A DNA stretch of 64,000 bases from Euryarchaeota archaeon UBA86 (GTDB lineage: Archaea; Thermoplasmatota; Poseidoniia; Poseidoniales; Thalassarchaeaceae). The position numbers were made by a program, and so were the translations under genes. Shown in pieces: positions 55,878 through 62,318 of this stretch (positions within the stretch are counted from its first letter, which is position 1; each line of letters opens with the position of its first letter). The notes under the pieces were generated by a model, which ran no database searches, was not told where the DNA came from, and worked only from the letters and a program-made list of their open reading frames with translations. The stretch is taken from positions 459 to 64,458 of the forward strand of contig DAQX01000008.1 in NCBI GenBank assembly GCA_002503055.1. The letters run 5' to 3'.

Positions 55878-56901
55878 GTAAAGGATGCAAAAATGCATTC
55901 TTTACAAGTTGTCCCAATCCTTGAATCCAACTCGGATCATCATTCAGACAACTGACGACGGTCAATTCTTTTCCGCCATGTTCCAAGAAATGTTCGCGGA
56001 TTTCGATATCTAGCTCTTCCAATGTTTCCAGGCCATCGGCGAGAAATGCGGGGGAGACAATGACGATCTTAGATTTCCCATTTTTAGCCAAATGCTCAAC
56101 CATTTTTGTGGTTGATGGTTGTAGCCATTTTGCGGGACCAAGACGACTTTGGTAACTCATCGACCAGTCTGATTCAGCAATCCCCAGAGCTCCGACTACA
56201 GACAATGTTGTGAGCATGCAGTGGTGAGCATAGCACATGGAATTACCCTCTACTTTGAGTTCGCAGCAATGTTCAACCTTCTGGCAGTGTTTACCACTTG
56301 AGTCGGCGCGTTTCACATGAGAAACTGGGAGGCCGTGATAGGAGAACAATAAGTGCGCTCCATCCGTCAAATGTGGATGAATTGATTTTGCCAATGGATC
56401 GATGAATTCTGGGTTGGTTGGAAAATGTGGCAATTGAGTAATAGAAGGATTCCAATTCATCTCTTTGAGTTGAAAATATGCATGTTTCAGCGAAGATTCG
56501 GTTGTCGCCTGTGCATGATGAGGAAACATTGGAGCGAGTAATAGTTCGTCGATTCCTGATTGTTTCAATTTCTCTAATCCTGAACGAATACTAGGATTCC
56601 CATAGCGCATTCCGACTTCACAACGAATATCTCCCAAACTAGATTCTAATGCGTCAGTCATTCTTTGAGTGTAGACACGGAGAGGCGAACCTTCTTGCAT
56701 CCATATACTCTCATATCTAGGTGCAATTTTCTTTGGGCGTGTTCTGAGGATTATTCCATGTACCAAAAGGTGTCGAAGAGGAGTAGGGATATCGATAACA
56801 TCGGGGTCGAGTAGAAATTCTCGAAGATATGTGCGAACAGAGGGTACCGTAGGTTCATCGGGCGTACCGATGTTCATTATCAGAACGCCTCTCTTAACCA
56901 C
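55867..56901 (-). CDS. hemH: Ferrochelatase
   Basis: GVLIMNIGTPDEP, VRTYLREFLLDPDVIDIP, RPKKIAPRYESIW..GSPL, FSYHGLPV and YQSRLGP..WLQPST motifs. GTG start. Confidence 0.9.
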   Translation of the reverse strand: MVKRGVLIMNIGTPDEPTVPSVRTYLREFLLDPDVIDIPTPLRHLLVHGIILRTRPKKIAPRYESIWMQEGSPLRVYTQRMTDALESSLGDIRCEVGMRYGNPSIRSGLEKLKQSGIDELLLAPMFPHHAQATTESSLKHAYFQLKEMNWNPSITQLPHFPTNPEFIDPLAKSIHPHLTDGAHLLFSYHGLPVSHVKRADSSGKHCQKVEHCCELKVEGNSMCYAHHCMLTTLSVVGALGIAESDWSMSYQSRLGPAKWLQPSTTKMVEHLAKNGKSKIVIVSPAFLADGLETLEELDIEIREHFLEHGGKELTVVSCLNDDPSWIQGLGQLVKNAFLHPLPRN

Positions 56902-56946
56902 GCCTCTCGGAATAGTTCAGAGTATTAATTGGTTAGTTTTCAGTCG

Positions 56947-58158
56947 CTACAATTCTGAATTGACTTCAGCTAGTTGGATTATCGATCCATCCCATCCAAA
57001 AACAATCAATTGATTGGCATGACCCTTACCAAAACCAACTATCATTTTCCCTGCCGTACCTATGAGATTATTCTCCCAAGTTCCACTAGAATTACTAATT
57101 GCCCAAATCGATCCGGAGCAAAAGTCACCATAGATATACGAGTCTCGCAGAGAAGATGGCCCCCAGTCCATCCAGAAACCTCCTGTGATTGAGCAGTTTC
57201 CATTGGTGTGTGGATATGTATGAATTATCTCTGGAGTTGAAATTGAACTATTGAAATTACATTCCCCTCCAGCTACGAAATTTTGTGGACCTTCCATTTC
57301 AGACCAACCGAAGTTGGTTGATTGCAGCATAGGAACTAAATTCACTTCTTCCCAACAATTCTGACCTACATCTGAGATCCAGAGACGGTTATCGGTGTCC
57401 ATGTCGAATCTCCAAGGATTCCTCAATCCATAGTGTAGAATGTATGGATCTTCGCCTGGTGATGAGATTGATGTAGAAGGAGAAATTTGGTAACCATCAA
57501 AGGAAAAGAGCAGGATTGAACCTAGTTTTGTTGATTCGTTCTGGCCGTGCCCTTCCGGATCATTAGCACTTCCTCCGTCCCCTATACCCCAGAGAAATTC
57601 TCCATTTCCAATTGAAACTAGATGGCCTCCGTTGTGATTGCGGTAGGGTTGCTCGATTTCCATTAAAACGGTAATTGATTCTAAATTCAGATTGTTCTGA
57701 GCATCAATTTCAGCATATGCCAAAATTAGATTGGATTGGTTTGGGCCGTCACATGGCCCAGACTCTATGTATGAGAGAAGGACTTTGTTTGAGTTCTCAA
57801 AATCGTCATCGAAGGCAAATCCCAGCAGTCCTTGCTCCATGTGGCATCTTCCAATCAAGGAGCTCAAATCTGCTACATTTGTTCCTGGGTTATTTGCATC
57901 AAAATTGGATTCAGTTGGCCAAGAAATGATAAAACCGTTCAGATCAATAATCCATAACTCATCAGAATATGGATGTTCTAAAGATAGAATTGGATTCATT
58001 AGTCCGTTGAGATATTCTAAACATTCCAATTCATATTCTTCGACAATGTTGCAATCAGATGCAATGACATCTGGCCATTCGTATTCATCTGAATCATCAG
58101 AAAGGCATCCGCATAAGACGGGAACCACCAACAATAGGGAAATGGCCAGAACTCGCAT
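56947..58158 (-). CDS. Secreted lipoprotein, PQQ-dependent glucose/sorbosone dehydrogenase-like beta-propeller (GSDH/YliI family)
   Basis: Signal peptide MRVLAISLLLVVPVLCGC. NHNGGHL, GDGGSANDPEGHGQN, LGSILL, GLRNPWRF, DVGQNCWEEVN and NFGW motifs. ATG 58158 lies 2 nt after the stop of the upstream transferrin-like gene. Confidence 0.8.
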   Translation of the reverse strand: MRVLAISLLLVVPVLCGCLSDDSDEYEWPDVIASDCNIVEEYELECLEYLNGLMNPILSLEHPYSDELWIIDLNGFIISWPTESNFDANNPGTNVADLSSLIGRCHMEQGLLGFAFDDDFENSNKVLLSYIESGPCDGPNQSNLILAYAEIDAQNNLNLESITVLMEIEQPYRNHNGGHLVSIGNGEFLWGIGDGGSANDPEGHGQNESTKLGSILLFSFDGYQISPSTSISSPGEDPYILHYGLRNPWRFDMDTDNRLWISDVGQNCWEEVNLVPMLQSTNFGWSEMEGPQNFVAGGECNFNSSISTPEIIHTYPHTNGNCSITGGFWMDWGPSSLRDSYIYGDFCSGSIWAISNSSGTWENNLIGTAGKMIVGFGKGHANQLIVFGWDGSIIQLAEVNSEL

Positions 58159-58160
58159 AC

Positions 58161-59210
58161 TCAAGAGAAGTAAGCCTGTATTCCTGGTACATTGGACACC
58201 GCGGCTGCGTATGTCCCCAAGTGGTCTTCAGCGTTTGCAGGTGACATTCCTTCGGTGTTTAGCAAATCTTTCAGGATTTGTCTCCCCTCTTCATCATCAT
58301 CAAGTGCAATCACTGCATTTTGAACTGCTAGAACTGTATCTTCATCCATATATTCTGGATTGTAGAGAACTGGGTGACTTGGCGCTTGACCAAATGCAGG
58401 TAGCATCACCACATCGTCCCTATCCAAGCACCAATCATTAGCGTCTGAACCAGTACAATAGCTATCGTAAACAGTATCCTTGGCAAGGGTAATGTCTCCT
58501 GTTCCGTCCATCATGCACCTTAGGGCTCCCTTGTAGCCAGAGTAAGGTGTGCCGCCCTCAGGGATACTCGAGTCTTCTGAGAAGAAGTTGGTCACGGTGG
58601 CCCTGAGTGAATCAATATCATTGGGGTCTCCGATTACTTCCGCGTATTCATTACCGATTAGATAGCCCATTGGGATTAGCATACCAGCACTCTTGAGCCA
58701 ACCGGTGTGGCACGAAGTCTTGCCCTCCATAAGAGCAAAGGGGTCTGTTTCAGGATCATCATCGAGATAAGCTGCTGCCATGTCCGAATCTGCCCTTACC
58801 CAAGCTGCGGCATTGTAGTAAGTCCTCCCATCTGACTTATGCTCGGCTGCTAGCACATCTAGCCCATACACTTCCCAAGCTAACCAAGCTGCGGCTCCAT
58901 CCACGAACCCGATATCGGCGTTACCCTTGTCGATTGCCTCGATGGTTGCAGCCTCATCGGCTACTGCATAAATCTCCACATCCATGTCTAATAGTTCACT
59001 TAGTCTATCTGCAAGATGTTGTGGATTATTATCCCAGATGAGGTAAGTATCCTTAACCTCGTAAGCTACTACTAGGCAGTTTTCATCGTCATCACACTGA
59101 TCATAGTTCACATCAAAAATGAAGTACAGAGTAGATGCTATGATTACCATCCCTGCTGCAATATAAGTCCAATTTTCCTTTGCTGATAGGAACTCTCTTA
59201 CTCGGTTCAT
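58161..59210 (-). CDS. Membrane-anchored single-lobe transferrin-family / PhnD-fold iron-binding protein homologue
   Basis: N-terminal signal-anchor helix. Block-wise match by eye to the human serotransferrin N-lobe. NADIGFVDGAAAW matches EADAVTLDAGLVY. RTYYNAAAWVRADS matches TFYYAVAVVKKDS. GKTSCHTGWLKSAGMLIPMGYL matches [28 protein letters not shown] matches VANFFS. YSGYKGALRCMMDGTGDI matches YFGYSGAFKCLKDGAGDV. QAPSHPV matches QVPSHTV. ATG 59210 is preferred over ORF-track TTG 59222. Confidence 0.85.
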   Translation of the reverse strand: MNRVREFLSAKENWTYIAAGMVIIASTLYFIFDVNYDQCDDDENCLVVAYEVKDTYLIWDNNPQHLADRLSELLDMDVEIYAVADEAATIEAIDKGNADIGFVDGAAAWLAWEVYGLDVLAAEHKSDGRTYYNAAAWVRADSDMAAAYLDDDPETDPFALMEGKTSCHTGWLKSAGMLIPMGYLIGNEYAEVIGDPNDIDSLRATVTNFFSEDSSIPEGGTPYSGYKGALRCMMDGTGDITLAKDTVYDSYCTGSDANDWCLDRDDVVMLPAFGQAPSHPVLYNPEYMDEDTVLAVQNAVIALDDDEEGRQILKDLLNTEGMSPANAEDHLGTYAAAVSNVPGIQAYFS

Positions 59211-59240
59211 GGGGGTGCGCAAACGATATCAAATAAAATG

Positions 59241-59256
59241 TTTAGGGGGCCCTAAA
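59241..59256. promoter_or_regulatory. Palindromic operator-like site TTTAGGGGGCCCTAAA (copy 3 of 4)
   Basis: Same inverted repeat, 31 nt upstream of ATG 59210 of the transferrin-like gene. Confidence 0.5.
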
Positions 59257-59294
59257 TTAGAAAGAGATGTCTAATTTTATTCTAAATTAGGTAG

Positions 59295-61616
59295 CTAATC
59301 CAGTAATAGAAGACTTAGTTGCATTAGTGCAGCTCCGAAAGTCATTCCCACAATCATGAATCTGGGTCTTTCTTGGATCAACGCCTGGGGTATTAATTCC
59401 TTGAAACTGACTACTGCCATAATTCCTCCAACAAATGCCAATGACAACCCTACAATAAAGGGAGACAAAATTGATCCGAGAATAAGTAACGCGAACAATG
59501 CTCCAATTGGCTCGGTCAGGCCGGTTGCCAATGCAATCATTACAGCCTTAAATTTCCCTCCGCCACCGGCCTGAATGGGAGCTGCTACAGCTATTCCTTC
59601 TGGGATATTGTGCAGTCCGATAGCGACCATCAGAACGATCCCATATTGGGCTGATTCAAGTACGGCAACACCTATCGCAAGACCTTCGGGGAAGTTATGA
59701 ATTCCCAGAGCAATCGCCGTGAAAATTCCAGACATGTACATTTTCTTCTTCTCTGTCATTTCCTCGTCAATGTTGTTTTTTCTAAGTAGAATATTTGCTA
59801 GAAAAACTATAGATGCCCCGATTGCAAAAGAAATTGAAATCCCGATAAAGCCGAATTCCATTGCTTGCCCTAGCCATAAATCAAATATGGAAATGAGGAG
59901 CATTACGCCGGCAGCCATCCCAAGCATGAATGACATCATTTCTCTGCTTATTTCTTTAATTAAAATTACAATTAGGCCCCCTATGCCTGTCGCTAACCCA
60001 GCCATTAGAGCTATCATAAATGGGAAAACCCATGATTCGGAATTCCCTTCTAGACTTTTAATCTCAATTATTGGGCTATCTTCGGCTATTAGGTTCAAGG
60101 ATTGAACCATCTCAAGAACAAAATTAGTGACCAATTCAGCACCCTCTTTGTCGATTAATTCACCTTGTGAATCAATATCGAGATTATTGCTAAAGTCTGT
60201 ACAAAATGGCCAAATCTCTGAGGAGGTTGCATCCAATCTCTGGAAGCCTATGCCAACTGTGTCGATGCCTGCGTGATTGAAACTCCTATGGCTGCTACAG
60301 CCTTGAATAGAGTCAATGGAAGGATTGTTAGCGATAACATTAGCAGAATATTGACCGGCCCCTCCAAAAGTAGTCTTGGCAGAAGATTTGGCTTTAGAAA
60401 CAAGAACATTGTTGGATGCCTCTACTGTAATTGAGTCAATGCCCATGGCTTCATTGAGAATTGCTGAATCGATGTTGATGTATAACTCCGGCTTTTGACT
60501 TTCTTCGATCTGATCAAGGAAAGCTTGACTACTGAGCCATCCAAGTTCCTCACCGCCCCATGAAACAAATTTCACAGTTCTATCTAGTTCTCTACCATTC
60601 AATTGTCTAGCGATTTCGACAAGTTGTGCCACGCCTATCGAATTGTCTACTTGACCTTCGCTCAAGTAAGAAGTGTCGTGATTGGCGCCAATCATTACTG
60701 ATTTGGAGGATTTTCCGGGCAATTCTCCAGTTACAATCTGTACATTAGTGACGCCGGTCTGGGCCGCTTCCCAATTGCCGTCAAGAATCGCATACTTTGA
60801 TCCATCCGATTCTGCCTCATCGATGAACTCTATGAAAGTCTGAGCAGTTTCATGTGTGATGAATATGAATGGTATCAAATCGTAATCTGGGAAAGCTTCG
60901 GGGAATGAGATTAGCCTATCATCATCAGTCAGAACTACTATCGGTTCAAAGTATGTCGATTCCAGTTCCTCCTCGTAAATCATCAGAACTGATGCTCCCG
61001 CTTCTATTGCTTCTCTGTAATAATCAGAAAGGCTTCTGCCAGTATTCTCTATTTCATGGTGAATCAGAATTGCCTTATCCGTAAGATCTCCCGAGTTGGT
61101 AAAATCTTCCGAGGTCCCACTTCCTAGATTTACCATCTCGCTATCATGTTTGTGAGAACCTCCAGAATAACCAAGAAAAGTGAATGCATCCCTGTGCTCC
61201 AAGTCGCCTGTAGAAGAAATCTGAACTCTGCCTGTCCCTGCCGAACCATCTGGAAGTCCGGGGATATTGCCGATACCCTGCTCTATTTGCGCATGCATAT
61301 GGATTGGTTCATCACCTTCATCGGGCTCTACAAGCCATGAGCCCCAAATCTCAAATTCTGTAATTTGTACATCAGATAGTCCTGCATCTTCAAACATCTC
61401 TGAGATAATAATTGATGCTTCCATCTCCGAGTTAGAACCAGGAACTCTGGGCCCAAGGGAACTTAGATTACTTGACTCCTCTAGAATTTTATCTCCATCT
61501 GAATGAAACTCAATAGATGGCTCGTGAAGAATGAAACCAGCTGCAAATGAAGAAATGAGTACGACGGCGGAAATTATTCCAAGAGTGTTTATTCTCCTAT
61601 AGGGGTCGTATTCCAT
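59295..61616 (-). CDS. Fusion protein: N-terminal TM anchor + extracytoplasmic PA-domain-containing M28-family metallopeptidase-like domain + C-terminal ZIP (ZupT-like) metal transporter
   Basis: M28 features: LGPRVPGS, VTGELPGK..VMIGANHDT, GQVDNSIGVAQLVEIAR, FVSWGGEELGW, YINIDS, SSHRSF. A PA-like insert (GDLTDKAILIHH...AIEAGASVLMIY). The ZIP part (about the last 245 aa) has GIHNFPEGLAIGVA and GLHNIPEGIAVAAP. Confidence 0.85.
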   Translation of the reverse strand: MEYDPYRRINTLGIISAVVLISSFAAGFILHEPSIEFHSDGDKILEESSNLSSLGPRVPGSNSEMEASIIISEMFEDAGLSDVQITEFEIWGSWLVEPDEGDEPIHMHAQIEQGIGNIPGLPDGSAGTGRVQISSTGDLEHRDAFTFLGYSGGSHKHDSEMVNLGSGTSEDFTNSGDLTDKAILIHHEIENTGRSLSDYYREAIEAGASVLMIYEEELESTYFEPIVVLTDDDRLISFPEAFPDYDLIPFIFITHETAQTFIEFIDEAESDGSKYAILDGNWEAAQTGVTNVQIVTGELPGKSSKSVMIGANHDTSYLSEGQVDNSIGVAQLVEIARQLNGRELDRTVKFVSWGGEELGWLSSQAFLDQIEESQKPELYINIDSAILNEAMGIDSITVEASNNVLVSKAKSSAKTTFGGAGQYSANVIANNPSIDSIQGCSSHRSFNHAGIDTVGIGFQRLDATSSEIWPFCTDFSNNLDIDSQGELIDKEGAELVTNFVLEMVQSLNLIAEDSPIIEIKSLEGNSESWVFPFMIALMAGLATGIGGLIVILIKEISREMMSFMLGMAAGVMLLISIFDLWLGQAMEFGFIGISISFAIGASIVFLANILLRKNNIDEEMTEKKKMYMSGIFTAIALGIHNFPEGLAIGVAVLESAQYGIVLMVAIGLHNIPEGIAVAAPIQAGGGGKFKAVMIALATGLTEPIGALFALLILGSILSPFIVGLSLAFVGGIMAVVSFKELIPQALIQERPRFMIVGMTFGAALMQLSLLLLD

Positions 61617-61645
61617 GGCTTCCGCAAGAGAAGTGGTTCTAATAA

Positions 61646-61661
61646 TTTAGGTAGCCCTAAA
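61646..61661. promoter_or_regulatory. Palindromic operator-like site TTTAGGTAGCCCTAAA (copy 4 of 4)
   Basis: Same inverted repeat, 30 nt upstream of ATG 61616 of the M28-ZIP fusion gene, followed by ACTACAAAAAAAA. Confidence 0.5.
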
Positions 61662-62276
61662 CTACAAAAAAAATAGCCATTTTGGCTTGGAAAGTAACCA
61701 AAGCAATTTTGATTTTGAAGCATTAAACAAGTCTACCCGGTGTCTTCTGACCCTAACCAACTTAGTATTCGATTTTCGGAGTCTCTCATGCCAATATTCT
61801 CTGGAGTTCTTTGGGAAGGATTTCTCAAATCTAGCCGGAGACGCCATTAGAGTAAAGTTTTGATTTCTTCTGACATTTTCCACTACCTTTTCTCTACCTT
61901 CTTCAGTAAGCAGGCTTTTCACCTCGATCATTACTTTCTCTGGTCTTTCATTGAGTATTTCTAGAACTTCACTTAGAGTTGGAATAGAAATTCCTAGTGT
62001 CCTTCCGAGTTCTTGGATTTGGACTAAAGTGAGATGATTTAGAATGTGTGATTTACCATCTATGTGAATCTCATCATCATGGAATACGAATATCTCAGAA
62101 TCTGAAGATTCGTGAATATCAAACTCCCAATATCTGAAATTTCGAAGATTGAAGATGGTATTTTCAATTGAATCTTTTAGAGATTGGATTGTATTCTCGA
62201 GTGGAGTTCCAGAACCTCCTAATCTGTGACCAAGATTCTTCAATAATTCACCTATATATCGCGAAGATATCGACAT
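61662..62276 (-). CDS. Glycerophosphodiester phosphodiesterase-family (GDPD) protein, short form
   Basis: GHRLGGSG..LENT and WEFDIHESSDSEIFVFHDDE match the GDPD HR...EN / E.D...D...v.HD pattern. AT-rich gene. Confidence 0.6.
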   Translation of the reverse strand: MSISSRYIGELLKNLGHRLGGSGTPLENTIQSLKDSIENTIFNLRNFRYWEFDIHESSDSEIFVFHDDEIHIDGKSHILNHLTLVQIQELGRTLGISIPTLSEVLEILNERPEKVMIEVKSLLTEEGREKVVENVRRNQNFTLMASPARFEKSFPKNSREYWHERLRKSNTKLVRVRRHRVDLFNASKSKLLWLLSKPKWLFFL

Positions 62277-62318
62277 TAATGAGTTTGTTTTCGATTGCTA
62301 GCCTGAGACGATAGTATC

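Noticed and set aside
57731-58441. 236-aa plus-strand ORF spanning the junction of the GSDH-like and transferrin-like genes
   Set aside because: It is antisense to two genes with strong family motifs and has no motif of its own.
60030-61525. Labelling the M28/PA ectodomain outright as a transferrin-receptor homologue
   Set aside because: Most peptidase metal-ligand motifs appear intact, whereas transferrin receptor has lost them. No TfR-type helical dimerisation domain is evident. Only shared superfamily membership and genomic adjacency are supported, so the receptor idea is kept as a hypothesis in the findings.
50757-62318. tRNA-Leu as the attachment site of an integrated element covering the AT-rich metal locus
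   Set aside because: I found no integrase, recombinase or transposase gene, and I did not spot a direct repeat of the tRNA 3' end by eye. gpsA lies between the tRNA and the AT-rich block. Composition alone is reported as a finding instead.
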